DNA from: the human T2T-CHM13v2.0 reference genome, Homo sapiens
DNA length: 64,000 bases
Direction: 5' to 3' (one strand)
NCBI RefSeq assembly: GCF_009914755.1
Contig: NC_060941.1
Under the pieces are notes generated by a model that worked only from the letters and a program-made list of their open reading frames with translations, was not told where the DNA came from and ran no database searches. A program made the position numbers and the translations under genes. Shown here piece by piece: positions 1 through 20,180 of the stretch (position 1 is its first letter; each line of letters starts with the position of its first letter).

Positions 1-639
1 CGTGATCTCCGCATCTTAAAGGCCAAAACGTGAGAAACTAAAGGAGTTGGATCTGATGGGATGGTTCTCTCAGATGCTCCGAGGCAAAGCACATGATCTT
101 AATAAAGTGTAATGCGAACTTGCCCCATGGCTACTTGGGTTTCTCAGTTATCTTTTAAAAATTTTCGTGAGTTACACTATCCAGTCAGTTCTTAGAAACT
201 GTGTAAGTACACAGTAGGAAAAAAAATCTAGCCATTTTCTTGACTGTTTAGACCACAAGGATAGTTGAAAGCATTTTAAAATCTTTAGTGGACATGAACT
301 AAACTTTCCACTACACATGTTTTTTTTTTTTTTTTTTAAATGTTACTGTCACTTCGCCATCTTAAAACATTTCTGAACTTTTCATTTACTTCTCTTCTTT
401 GATAAAAATGGTATTCGAGTTTGGCCCGTGTCCACAAATGATCACTTAGAGTAGTAATTATAGAATCTTACGGCATGTTAGAATTTTGAGATCACTGAGA
501 AGCAAAAACAGTCTGTTACGTGTTCATAAAGCTTATGACATGTTTTGATTTGGTAGCTTCATGTGGAAGAGGTAGTAGATGTATTTGTTAACATTTAAAC
601 ATAAAGGTTTAATTTCTATTTCAAAAAAAATATATGCAG

Positions 640-733
640 GTATGGGCTTATTTTGCCAAAGAAAACACAGCAGTTGCACCCTGTTTTGCAAAAACCATCA
701 GTGTTTGGGAATGATTCTGATGATGATGATGAG
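640..733 (+). CDS. NSRP1: NSRP1 coding exon 2 (94 nt): (Q)YGLILPKKTQQLHPVLQKPSVFGNDSDDDDE
   Basis: tgcag|G acceptor at 638-639; GAG|gtaagg donor at 734. The peptide matches the recalled NSRP1/CCDC55 N-terminus and joins in phase 0 to the exon at 55099. Confidence 0.96.
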
Positions 734-1668
734 GTAAGGAAACCTATGTTTTACTCGTGCATGGTTGGAAATGTAAATTTTTTAAAAATTGAACTTGTGA
801 CTCTGATACCTTTGCCTTTGTTATTTGTCAGTACAGTGGAGTATAATTTACAGAATTGTCAAAAAGGAAGGTGTAAAGAAAGCAGCTCCACCGATTTTTT
901 AAAGATTTTTTTCCCTCTAAAAGCTGCAAACTTTACCTTTAAACAAATACACGGTCTTTTCAGACTACTGAAATTGTCATAACAAAATTGTTGGTGTAAA
1001 GATCCCTAGGTATGAGTTATTAAGATGTCACCAATTTTCTACAAATTTTTATTAGCAAAGCAGTTTTTAATTTGTTAACCATGAGCTAAGATCACTATAT
1101 AACAGTTCTTAACAACGCTACTTTTTTTTTAAATTCAGTGTCTGCCAAATGTAATTGCTCAGTTATAATCGTGGTAGTGAATAGTTACTCTTGATAGTAC
1201 TACAGTAACATCTAATATCAACATTTTCTATTTTAGCAGCCAAAACTACTTCTGTGAAACCCACAGTTATATATCAGAAACAATCCCAAATGTGTGCTTT
1301 TCTTTTCTCTTTTTTTTTTTTTTTTTGAAACAGTGTCTTGCTCAGTTGCCCAGGCTGGAGTGCAATGCCGCGATCTCGGCTCACTGCAACCTCCGCCTCC
1401 TGGGTTCAAGCGATTCTCTTGCCTAATCTTCCTGAGTAGCTGGGATTACAGGCACCTGCCATCATGACCAGCTAATTTTTGTATTTTTGTAGAGACAGGG
1501 TCTCACCATGTTGGCCGGGCTAGTCTTGAACTCCTGACCTCAGGTGATCTGCCTGCCTCAGCTTCCCAAAGTGCTGGGATTACAGGCGTAAGCCACCGCA
1601 CCCAGTAAATATGTGCTTTTCCAATACTCCCATCATGTTTTAATATTTTTTTTTCTTTTTTTTTTTGA

Positions 1669-1773
<105 letters not shown>

Positions 1774-2189
1774 TGAGTAGCTGGGGTTACAGGTGCCTGC
1801 CACCATGCCTGGCTAATTTTTATTTTTTTATTTTTTTGTATTTTTAGTATTTTTAATATTTTTTGTATTTAGTAGATTTTCCTGCCTCAGCCTCCTGAGT
1901 AGCTGGGATTACAGGTGCCCCACCACCACGCCCAGCTAATTTTTATATTTTTAGGAGAGACGGGGTTTCACCATGTTGGCCAGGCTGGTCTTGAACCTAA
2001 CCTCAGGTGATCCACTTGCCTTGGCCTCCCAAAGTGTTGGGATTACAGGCATGAGTCACCATGCCCAGCCTCTTTTTTTTGAGATGGAGTCTCCCTCTTT
2101 CGCCCAGGCTGGAGTGCAGTGGTGCGATCTCAGCTCATTGCAACCTCCGCCTCCTGGGTTCAAGCGTTTCTCCTGCCTCAGCCTGCTGA

Positions 2190-2357
<168 letters not shown>

Positions 2358-4004
2358 TGACCGGTTTTCAGTTTTTATTATATAATAGCATGGGTGGATA
2401 ATTTAACATATTTGATATTTCTTTGCTACTTTTGAAGACATTGGCTCTTTATGGCTCACAGTTTTTAAAAATTGAGGTATAATTTACATATAAAATGCTC
2501 AGATTTTAAGTGTACAGCTTGATGATTTTTGACAAATGTATATGCCCCAATCAAGATTTAGAACATTTCCCTCTCTCCCAAAAGGCTTTCCATACCCTCC
2601 TGCAGTCAGTCTACCTCCCCACTTGCTACCCCAGACAAATGCTCATATTTCTATCACTAGATTAGTTTTGCCTGTTACAGAATTTCATATAAAAAAAATC
2701 ATACAGTATGTACTCTTTTATGTCTGACTTACTCCACTCAGTATAATGCCAGATTTATCCATGTAGTTGTAGAATCACATTTTTCTTAAAATGGATTTTT
2801 TCCCCCTTAACAGTGACTTAAGTTTTTCTTCCATTTTTCTGTTTTTATTTCTTCATAAAATATTAGAATAATTGACCATAAGAAATGAATCAAGGTTACT
2901 AGTTAAATCTCCATTTCTGCGTAGCCAACTAGAATATTTTCAAATGGAATATTGAGGAAGTTACTAATTACAACTTTTGAATTTTTAATTATGTCGTTGC
3001 ATTAGTAGATATTTAATACCTACAATAGGTTAAGAGTTGATCAGTTTTGCATCTATATAGCCTATATACTTTTTATTATGTGGTACGCTTTAACAGTTTT
3101 TTTTGGGACCTTATATAGTGTTGCTTTCAACCAGTGTCTAGTCTAGTGGGGAAGACAGACATGTGAACATGAATATAAAGCAAACTGAAATATGAAAAGG
3201 AAACTAATATACTGAGGATTCCTGTGTGCTCATTATACTTTATTTGATCTTCAGGATCACTCTGATGTATTATTATTCCCATTTTACAGGTCAGAAAATT
3301 GAAGCTCAGGTTAAGTAATTTGTTCAAGGCCATGTGGCTGATAAATAAGTGTCAAGATTGGGATTTGAACACAGGCCTATCTGACCTTCAAACCTATACT
3401 ATTCTTCTGTCTTGCCTTGTTTTAACAGTAGCGTTACAGAATGTGAATGAAATGTAGAGAATGAAATGATTCACTTTGTTGCAGGAAAATCAAGGCAGGA
3501 ATAAGCATTTAAATAACATTCAAGGCTGGTTTAGATTTAAATAGGCAAAAATAGAGGTGAAATAATTTCATTTGGGAGAGAACAGCAAGAAATACAGAAT
3601 GGCATACAAGTACAAGGCATTTTTGTGGAATAATGTGGCTGGAGAAGAGGGTATATAGGAAAAAATGTTGCAGATACGGTTGTAACAGGATTGGGCCAGA
3701 TTGTGGAGTACCTTAAATTTTTCGTATAAAATTTCAACTTTATATTTTCAAGTAGTTTTTGAGTAATTCGGTGATATCATCACACTTTTGGGAAGATAAC
3801 TCTTGAATTGTAAAACAAAGAAAGGGAGAAATGAGAGATGAGTTTAAAAATGCTTGTTAGAAGGCTTTTTTAGTAGTTCAGGTGAGAGATCTCAACCTAG
3901 GTTGAGGTCATTGGGAATTAATGGGGAAAAATGTGAGCGATACCACAGAAATAAGTAGGACCTGGCAGCCACATTGAATATATGGGAAAGAGATGGAGTC
4001 CTGA

Positions 4005-6420
<2,416 letters not shown>

Positions 6421-7055
6421 TTGTGGTTTAATATACAAATAATTATAAAAATCACTTACTATGGATACAACAGAAGGATTGGACATGCTTATCTTGCATT
6501 TCACATTAAAGCACCCTGGTATACTGTGTAACACAAAGCATCATGGCCAGGCATGATAACTCATGCCTGTACCCTCATGCACTTTCGGAGGCTGAGGTGG
6601 GAGAATCGCTTGAGGCTAGGAGTTCAAGTCCAGCCTGGGCAACAGCGAGACCCCGTCTCTATAAAAAAAAAAAAAGTGTGGTGGCACGCACTGGTAATGT
6701 TAGGTACTTGGAAGGCTCAGGTGGGGAGAATTGCTTGAGCCCAGGTTTGAGGTTGCAGTGAGCTAGGATTGTGCTACTGCACTCCAGCCTGGGCAACAGA
6801 GGGAGATCCTGTCTCTAAAATAAAAAGAAAAAGCGATATGAAATGACCACAACATACCACAGTTTGAGAAGGATGGGTTTACACAAGTAATCTAGAGAGT
6901 TTTTTGATGTTACTGCTGTTTCTTTTCCATTGTGAAATGAGGCTGGTGTTAGCTAGCCAGTGGGTACACTAGAGTCAGCAAAGATAGGCCTGGGCCATTT
7001 TGTGCTAGCTTTCTCCTTCCCTCCTGCTCTTCCTCTTTTCCTCCTTCCTGTAGTG

Positions 7056-7300
7056 GGACTTTAATACAGAGAATTGTTAACATAGGTGATGGAAGACTTG
7101 AGATGCCAAAAAGGGCATGATGAGGCAGTCGAGAGATTAGCAGCAGTAAGAAGCAAGTAGTGATATATAGAGGGATACAAGTAGGAGATGGTTCTTGGAG
7201 GCTGGGGACCAGAGTTACCTGGTGGGAACTGGGCTTGTCCAGAAGGAGCAGAAACATTTGGGAGATTCAGTCTTAGAGAGAAAGGTTCTCCTACCTTCCG
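7056..7300. mobile_element. Old ERVL-type LTR fragment
   Basis: tttaatacagagaattgttaacataggtgatggaaga...agagattagcagcag resembles old LTR16/LTR33-class sequence (from recall). Confidence 0.45.
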
Positions 7301-7453
7301 GTCAAAGCCAATGGACAAGGGAGCTGCAGCTTATTTCTTAGTGAACGGAATATAAAACCATTCCTTAGAATAATTTCCTTACCTATAAAAAAATCAGTCT
7401 GGTTAATTCCAGCTTGTCTTTTTACTGAGAAGTAAATTTATTGAGTATATTTA

Positions 7454-7642
<189 letters not shown>

Positions 7643-7993
7643 TCAGGCTGAGGCAGGAAAATCACTTGAACCCTGGAGGCAGAGGTTGAGTGAGCTGATA
7701 TCAAGCCACTGCACTCCAGCCTGGGTGACAGAACGAGACTCCGTCTCAAAAAAAAAGATTAAAAAAAAATTTGTGTGATTTGACTATATATTAAAATCTC
7801 TTTCATAATTAGTCAACAATTTAAGCAACAATTAAATTATTAGTGCTGTGGAAAATATAGAAGAAAGATAATTTCTTATTCCCCTCCTGAGGAAAGCATT
7901 TGATACACCTGGAAAGGAGCTGCTATGAAGCCAATTTATCTGTTCTTTTTATCAATTCAGCAGCATTTAAGATCAGATTTTTTCTCTAGTGGT

Positions 7994-8007
7994 CCAGCAG
8001 AGGGAGC
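7994..8007 (+). promoter_or_regulatory. Candidate CTCF binding site
   Basis: CCAGCAGAGGGAGC, one base off the core consensus CCASYAGRKGGCRS, in unique sequence. Confidence 0.5.
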
Positions 8008-8097
8008 CCTAGCACATGAATTGTTTTCATTTTGTGCTTGCATCCAGGGTTAGTTTAGTGGGAAAGTGGTAGTCTATCCCTTTTAATTATAATTTAA

Positions 8098-8319
<222 letters not shown>

Positions 8320-9499
8320 TGAACTCCTGGCCTCAAGGGATCTGCCTGCCTCAGCCTCCCAAAGTGCTGTGATTGCAGGCGTGAGCCACCATGCGTGGCC
8401 TAGTAGATCCTCTTTTTCAAATTGTCAGAATAAGTTAGAAATAATTATCATTTTGTTCAAGGTGGGAGAGATGGTTGGGGGGGTGGTGAAAGTTTTTACA
8501 CCATATGAGTAAGAAAGCATATTCTGATGCTGCTATCAATTCATAAGTGAGTGGTTTTGCTGTCATAATTTTCCGGTCTCACTGTCACCATGTTCATTCT
8601 TTTCTGTTGGATTATTTTAATTGTTTCATAACTAGTTTCCTTATTATCTGTCTTCTCAAATTATTTATGATATTGTCAGATTGATCTTCCTAAAGCACAG
8701 TTATAATCACTGATCCTCAGTCCTGAACGTAATTATATTTAAAATCTAAAGTGCTAATCTTGACTTTGAAAACCTTCTCTATGCTTTGCCCCTAGAATGC
8801 TTACTAGCATTTTCTCCTAACTGTTCCTCCATAAAAAGTACACTGTCGTGCTTGCAGTTTTTCACAGCTCTGCTTTTCTTTACACTGGAAGTCTTCTCCC
8901 CATTTTTTTAATGTCCAAATTATAGCCATCCTTCAAAACCCAGCGCAAAAGCTACTTCTTTCAAGATACCTTCTTTGATTTTCCTCACTGGAAAGAATCT
9001 CTTCCTTTTTCTTACACTCTTTACCTTTCTTATTGCACTTAGCTTTTAAAAGCTTGCATTATAAGTTGTTTACATACATGTCTTGTCACTGTACTAGATA
9101 AAGTATGAGCTCTATGAGTTAGGATCTGGCCATCTAGCCTAGCTTCGTTTTTATTTTTTGAAACAGAGTCTTGTTCTATTGCCCAGGCTGGAGTGCAGTG
9201 GTGCGATTTTGGGTCACTGCAACCTCCGCTTCCCAGCCTGAGCAATCTTTTAGCCTCCGCCTCCTGAGTAGCTGGGACCACCGGTGCGAGACACCACTCT
9301 CGGCTCATTTTTGTATTTTTTTGTAGAGACAGGGTTTCGCCATGTTGCCCAGGCGGGTCTCAAGCTCTTGAGCTCAAAGTAAAACGCCCACCTTGGCCTC
9401 CCAAAGTGCTAGGATTACAAGTGTGAGCCACCATGCCTGGCCTAGGCTAGCTTCTAAAAATTAGTAAGATTATTTATTCAGGTGTTTTAGCTGTCTGTA

Positions 9500-9695
9500 T
9501 TGTAAAGATCCAGATAGTAAATGTTTTAGGCCTTGCAGGGCAACTGTACAACTTCATTCTCAGTGTGAAAGCAGCCATTAGGCAATATGTAAATTATGAG
9601 CATGAGTAATAAATGTGTTTTAATAAAATTTTATTTACAAAAATGGAGATGGGCTGTATTTGACCCATAGCCTACAACTTGCTGACCACTGGTCT
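9500..9695. mobile_element. MER58-like hAT-Charlie element
   Basis: tgtaaag..cagatagtaaat...tttgctgacc.ctg-like termini. Confidence 0.65.
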
Positions 9696-9785
9696 GTATG
9701 ATTGTTCTCAAAAGTATTTTTGATAACAGATATTTAATGAGTGTTAAGTGACCAAGATGGTTAGATGTTGCATGACAGATTAAAC

Positions 9786-9885
9786 CTAGAACTGTTTTTT
9801 AGATGTTTATCTATGATAAATGCCTGCCCATTTTGCAGAGCATAATGAATTTTCCTTTTAATGTCGGCAATTGAAATGTTTATTT
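9786..9885 (-). pseudogene. Pseudo-exon s (100 nt): INISIADIKRKIHYALQNGQAFIIDKHLKNSS
   Basis: attgtttag acceptor, TAG|gtttaa donor, fully open frame in a non-repeat island. Confidence 0.4.
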
Positions 9886-12037
9886 CTAAACAATGGTATA
9901 CTTGTGAAATCTAGTTTTGTAACATAATTTATATGCCATTAAGAGATACGATGTATAGAATCTGAAAATTGTTGCACTTTTTTTGGAGACAAGGTTTTGC
10001 TCTGCTGCCCAGGCTGGAGTGCAGTGGTATGATCACGGCTCACTGCAACCTCTACCTTCTGGGCTCAAGTGATCCTCTCACTTAAACACTCCAGTAGCTG
10101 GCACCACAGGGATGTGCCACCACATCTGGCTAATTTGTTTATTTTTTGTAGAGACAGGGTCTCCCTCTGTTTCCCAGGCTGGTCTCAGACTCCTGGCCTC
10201 TAGTGATCCTTGTGCCTCAGCCTCCCAAAGTGTCGGGATTATAGGTGTGAACTACTGTAACTGGCCTAGTTGTTGCTTTTGGATAAAGAGACAAAACTTT
10301 TTAACCACTTTAAAAGAGAGTATTAAGTTTAGATAGCTAAAATTTATTAACTTAGTTTTACATTTTATTTAATTTACATTACTTATTATTTTTTTTCATT
10401 TTTTGAGACAGGATCTTGCTCTTTCACCCAGGATGGAGTGCAATTTGTGCAGTCACAACTCATGGCAGCCTCAACCTCCCAGGCCGAAGCACGCCTCTCA
10501 CCTCAGCCTCCCAAGTAGCTGGGACCACAGGCACACACCACCATGCCTGGCTAATTTTTTAATTTATTTTTTGTAGAGACAGAGTCTCACTGCGTTGCCT
10601 AGGCTGCTCTTGAACTCCTGGGCTCAAGTGATCCACCTGCTTTGGCCTCCCAAAGTGTTGGGCTTATAGGTGTGAGCCACTGCACCTGGCTGTGAACTTA
10701 GTATGTGTATATATGTATATGTAGTTATATATATATATAAAATTATATATATAAAATTACTCAGAAGCCATAGTATATTCCTTTTATAGGTTAAGCATTT
10801 ATAGAAATTATAAGGGAAACATTAAAACCCTAGCAGAAAAAAAAGAGGAAAACACATTTAGAGACAAATATAGAAAAAATAGAAATATCTAATGAACATT
10901 AAAAATACTCAATTTTACTATAAGAAATGTAAACTTAGGACAATAGTGAGCTACCATTTTTTGCCATCATATTAGCCAAATACTTTTTAAAAATGAAATG
11001 GCAAGATCTTTGTGAAATTGCACTCGAATTTTTGTTATAAATTAATGCACATTTTTGGAAGCAGATGGACCTCTTCTGGAAAGCAATTCCAAAAATTAGT
11101 ATAAATCTTTTAAAAGTTGACTATTGTTTACCCAATATTATCAGTCAGGAGACAGAAACCTTGCCAATATTTTCTTTTCTAAAATTTTGTCTTGGAATTG
11201 TCAGAAATTGATATAATATATTTTTAGGTATTCAAAAGCATTTATCTTGGGTCTCTTTATGATCGTAAAAATTTAAGACCAGTCCAGCTTTCAACAGTGA
11301 AAGCATGAGTAAGTAAAGTGTGTGCAATACTACGGCTATCACATTCATCATGAAATAACATTTAGTGAAAAAATATATACAAATTTGTTATAGATAAAAG
11401 GAAAAAAGACAATAAAGCATTTCATATTAATGGTAGTTATCTTTGTATGGCAGACAATGAGTGGTTTTTTTGTTTTTTTTTTTTTAATTTGTAGAGATGG
11501 GGGTCTCGCTATATTGCCCAGGCTCATTTTGATCTCCAGGCCTCAAGTGATCCTCCTGCTTTGGTGTCCCCAAGTGCTGGGATTACAGGTGTGAGCCACC
11601 ACGCCTGGCATGATTTTTTTTTTTATACTTTTCTGTATTTTCAACTATTTTTTAAGAAAAATTATGGTGAATTTTAAGGATTTCCCATAGTGTATTTAGT
11701 TTCCAAATCATATTAAAATGTAAAAAGATATAACACATTTTATCTGATAGAAGACTAGGAGAGAAAATATTGGGACATTTTAAAAGCATGAGGTAGATGA
11801 AATAAGGATACAAAATTGAATACTTAGGGTTGTACAATGCTATAGGTGCACAGATAAGTAAAAAATAATAAATGAAAATGATTACTTTTTAGCATGGTAG
11901 TGTGAGTTTTTTTTCAAAATCATATTATTATTTTGTTATAATTTTGACGAATACAAGGAAGTGAGTGCTTAAAAAAAAAAAGATAACCATAATTGTGTAT
12001 TCCCAAAGTAAGAAGCATTAGCAAGTTACAGGATTAC

Positions 12038-12139
12038 ATAAGTGTATACACTTCCATTCCTTTCACTATTTCTTGATATTTCTCCTCTTTAATCTTTTTA
12101 AAAATTTTCTTGAAAAAGTAAGTTGAAGGTTTGGTTTTC
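12038..12139 (-). pseudogene. Pseudo-exon r (about 102 nt): KTKPSTYFFKKIFKKIKEEKYQEIVKGMEVYTL
   Basis: aatttttcattag acceptor after a 159-nt intron; open frame in the phase left by exon q. Confidence 0.52.
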
Positions 12140-12298
12140 CTAATGAAAAATTAATCTTATTTTAGCTGGAAGCCTGTTTGGCTTACTATTGGTAAGAAAA
12201 AGTTAAAATTTTAATCTGTCTGAACATTATAGTACATCCAAATCAATAAAATGTTTTAGTTGTGGTTTTTCATCAGTTTTAATCAGATAATGCCTTAC

Positions 12299-12537
12299 TT
12301 CTGTAGATATAGTCTAGTATAGTTCAAATAAAAAGACAGTTGTACATAGATAAGACAAAGCATATTGTGAAAATGTTGGGAAATTTAGGTTATTTTAATG
12401 ATGGCTGAGAATTTGTGAACTTTTCTCATATGCTATTAAACTGAATTACTAGTAAATTTATGGTACCGAGTATATCAAACAGTGAGGGATTTAAAGTAAT
12501 TTTGCAATTTGCTAAAATTTCATCCTTAACATACTGG
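12299..12537 (-). pseudogene. Pseudo-exon q (239 nt): QYVKDEILANCKITLNPSLFDILGTINLLVIQF.../RKVHKFSAIIKIT*ISQHFHNMLCLIYVQLSFYLNYTRLYLQ(K)
   Basis: Very strong acceptor (tccttttccttttctctcttcttgctttttcactcttag); GAA|gtaagg donor; phase 2 matches the next exon. Confidence 0.62.
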
Positions 12538-12670
12538 CTAAGAGTGAAAAAGCAAGAAGAGAGAAAAGGAAAAGGATGGAACTAAGACAATTCTATTAGA
12601 AGTGGGGAGATGGCAAGAAAATTCTGTCCTCCTTATTTTTCTTTTTCTTTTTTAAAATATTTCATTTTGA

Positions 12671-12985
<315 letters not shown>

Positions 12986-13941
12986 TGAGGTCTTTGACTT
13001 AATTTCATAGTTTTTCAACATGTGCTCATTGGGGCATTATTTCTTAAGTTTTTGATTGTTAAATAATGCTTGCCCATTGCTTTTGTCACTTAAATATCTA
13101 CTTGATTGGGTGTAATATTTCTACAATAACAATTTATTTCAAAATCTTACAGACATTAGTGATTTTTTCTGGTACTTAATGTTCTTATGAGGAAGTACAA
13201 CACTATAGTTTCTTTTATCCCTACTTCTAGACTTTTTTTAATTGGCTTGGACTACTGGAGAGTATATAGCCTTTTTAACTCAATGTGTCTTGCTGCAAAT
13301 AATGTTGAATTGTTTTTTCCAGGAATACACTGTTTCTTTTTCTCTAAATATTTAGCTTTTTCTTCATTTCATTGAAATTTACTGTCATCCATGTGCTGGG
13401 TTATCATTTTGGAGGATCATCTTTGTCTTTCATATCATCGTCATGCATTTATTAATGCATTCAACAGATATTTATTGATCACTTGCCCTGTGCCAGTGAA
13501 ACATAACAAAAGCCACTGCCTTTATGGCACTTATATTCTCAAGGTGGTGGTGGTGGGGGGTGATAAGTAATTAACATAACAGATAAGTAAGTTACATGTG
13601 AATTTAGAAGATTACAGAGCTGTGAAAAAGTAGAGCAGGATAAGGAAAATTAAACAGGTATTTAGGGAAATTACTCAGTCTATGTCTTTTTCTCTCTACT
13701 AAGATTAAACTTTTGTCAGTGTTTCAGTTATAGCTTTTCTGTTTCTTACTGTTTCTAATTTATTAGCTCTATTGGTGTTATTTTAGTCTTCAATATATTT
13801 TCTTTAGCTCTACAGTTTCTCTGTCTTTTATTGTCCTCTCATCTGAATAGTAACTTTTAAAATTTAATTAGTAATCTTATTTTGAAGAGTTTGACAGGGA
13901 AGAGAGAGAGGAAGAGATGGAAATGATAGTTCAAAGATACA

Positions 13942-17030
<3,089 letters not shown>

Positions 17031-17997
17031 TAATGGTACGGTCATTGTAATTTTCCTTTTTGTTGTTGTCTTAGGATAGAGATAATCTGTGCAGGTTTCA
17101 GCTGAAAGAGAAGCAGCTAAGGAAAAATGAGAGATTTTACAGCTAAGGAAACTAGGGTGTCAAGAAGTTAACTGGTCAATAGCACACACAGGGTACTTAG
17201 ATAATAGAGCTAAATTTTGAATTCAGGTCTGCCTGATTCAAGTCCATGCTTTTAAACAATGTAATGTACTCCCTCTGAGAGTTAGTTTGTTCATAATGGA
17301 ATTTCCAGAGTTTCAGAGAATGGATTTCAGAAACAATAGAAAAAGGGTTAGTAGGGGACTGGCAAAGATCAGGTTGACTTCAAAGGGTCAATCTTGTTTA
17401 TTATTTGGAAAGGGAACACAAATAGAAGTTGTGTTCAAATGTGCTTTTTATCATGTGAAATTACACAACTTTGCCTTCCAGTGACCTAGGAATATTTTGA
17501 GGAGATTAGGCTATATTTAATTTTCAACAAAATTGACATCCCATTGTCCGGATATATATATATATTTTTTGAACAGTCTATCCCAAGGGTTTTCAATGGG
17601 TATGCTGCTACTTCAAGAGGAAATTCAGAAATTTGTGGAGTGGCTTTTACTTATCATAATTGTTTTATTTCTTTCTTTCTTTCTTTATTTGAGACAGGGT
17701 CTTACTCTCTCTCCCAGGCTGGAGTGAAGTGGTGCAGTGACAGCTCACTGCAACCTCTGCGTCCAGGACTCAAGCGATCCTCCCGTTTCAGCCTGCTGAT
17801 TAGCTGGGACTACAGGCACGTGCCACCATGCCCAGCTAATTTTTGTATTTTTTTTTTGTAGAGACAGGATTTCACCATGTTGGCCCAGGCTGGTCTTGAA
17901 CTCCTGGGGCTCAAGTGATCTGCCCACTTCGGCCTCCCAAAGTGCTGGAACTGTAGGTGTGAGCCACCATGCCTGGCGCTTATCAGAGTTAACTTAG

Positions 17998-18320
<323 letters not shown>

Positions 18321-18459
18321 GTGTTGGCACCAGTTTTTGATGAGGACCGGGGTGGTAGATACTGTGCATCTCATGCCCCCATTCATATAGGTGAAATCCC
18401 TCTAAACATGCATATAGATGAAAAACTGCTTATTTTATTTTATTTCATTTTTTTGATCA

Positions 18460-18714
<255 letters not shown>

Positions 18715-19829
18715 TCAAAATTAAAAACAAAAAACAAAAAGAGTATTGGGTATGATACAATTGAGAACTACCAGTCTGGGCTTTCCCCACTGACATAAAA
18801 TGGCTCATTTATTATATATTAAATTTCCATAAATATGTAGATTTGTTTTTTTGGACTATTCTGTTTCATTGATTTTTTTTCTTTAATCCTGGTTCAATAC
18901 CATATTATTTCAATTACTCTAGCATTATAATCTCTTTTAATATATGATAGGACAAAGAATAAGAAAAGCTAAAGTTTATTGAGTACTTTGTTTATGTTAG
19001 ATATGGCTTTACGTGTTTGATATGAATTATCTCATGTAATCATGTTAATTGGTTTACCATATTTTATCAAATCTAAGCTGCTTTGATATTGATGCTTTCT
19101 TGGTGTTACCAGAAAGTGTCAATGAAAACTTTTCATACAGAACATCATTATTGCTTCCTGGGTGACAGCATTTTTTTAATAAGTCATTGATTTCTGAGAG
19201 ATTAAAATATGAAGAATCTGTGTTTTAGAATCAGAGAAATAAGATGTCATTATTCTCATTTTATAGTTGAGGAAACAGGCAGAAAGTTTAAATAACTTGC
19301 CTGAGATTACACAGCTAATTGACTTAATATCCCATATGATTGATTGGGATCTTTTAAAGTTATTACATTTTCTAAGCATTTATTGCTGATACACAGCAGT
19401 AGTAATTATACACACACACATTTGTACATACATCATATTTTATGTATATATCTAAGGATTTTTTTTGTATGTGGATATAGTATCTGAGCACCTTGCTAAA
19501 CTCTTCTATTACTTGTAATAATAGGTTAAAATTCTCTGGATTTTCTGAGTAGGTAATCATAGTACCTGAAAATGATTTTAATACTAATTTTTTTTCTGGT
19601 CTAATTGCATTGAGTAGAACCTCAAGAGTATTGTTGAAATATAGTGGTAATAGCAGGCATCCTTTTCTTGTTTCTGACCTTATGAAGATATTTCTAATGT
19701 TTCATCATTAAGTATGCTATTCATGCTAGGTTCATGGTAAATATCCTTTTTCAAATTAAGGGAGTTTCTCCGTATTGTAGATTTGTCATTCACAAATCAT
19801 CTTATTTACAACTATTCGGCAATCCTCTC

Positions 19830-20180
19830 TACTGAGTTTATCTCTATAATAGAGTCCTTCTACCAGGTGCACCTCCCTGTGAGAGAGTATACTTCCTACC
19901 TTCTTGATATCAGGCTTAGCCATGAGGCTTGCTTTAGCCAGTGGAAGTGATGTATGCTGTATCTGAGCAAAACTTCAGGAGTCATTGCTTGATTAAGTCA
20001 TTGCTTTTCTCCCCTCTGCCATATGAACAATATGTTGCATATAGGTACTGTGCCTTCAGCTTCAGTCCTAGAATGAAGACAGTGAGGAGCCACAGCCGTC
20101 CACAATGGACATGTAGCATGAGCGAGAAATAAACCTTTGTATTGTAAGCCTTGAGACTTTGGTGATGTTTGTTAACACAG
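19830..20180. mobile_element. MaLR LTR (MLT1-type)
   Basis: cttagccatgaggcttgctttagccagtggaa...gagaaataaacctttgtattgtaagcc. Confidence 0.7.

Noticed and set aside
1-639. miR-423/miR-3184, recalled to lie in NSRP1 intron 1
   Set aside because: No matching GC-rich hairpin in this part of the intron; it is probably just upstream of the window.
653-982. 109-aa ORF as a stand-alone gene
   Set aside because: Only 640-733 is exon; the rest is read-through past the GT donor at 734, and the ORF starts at TTG.
7810-8060. Possible terminal pseudo-exon (KTIHVLGLPLLDH*RKNLILNAAELIKR)
   Set aside because: No convincing acceptor and no recognisable motif; cannot be told apart from chance.
8461-8488. G-rich run as a G-quadruplex
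   Set aside because: Lacks four clean G3 tracts.
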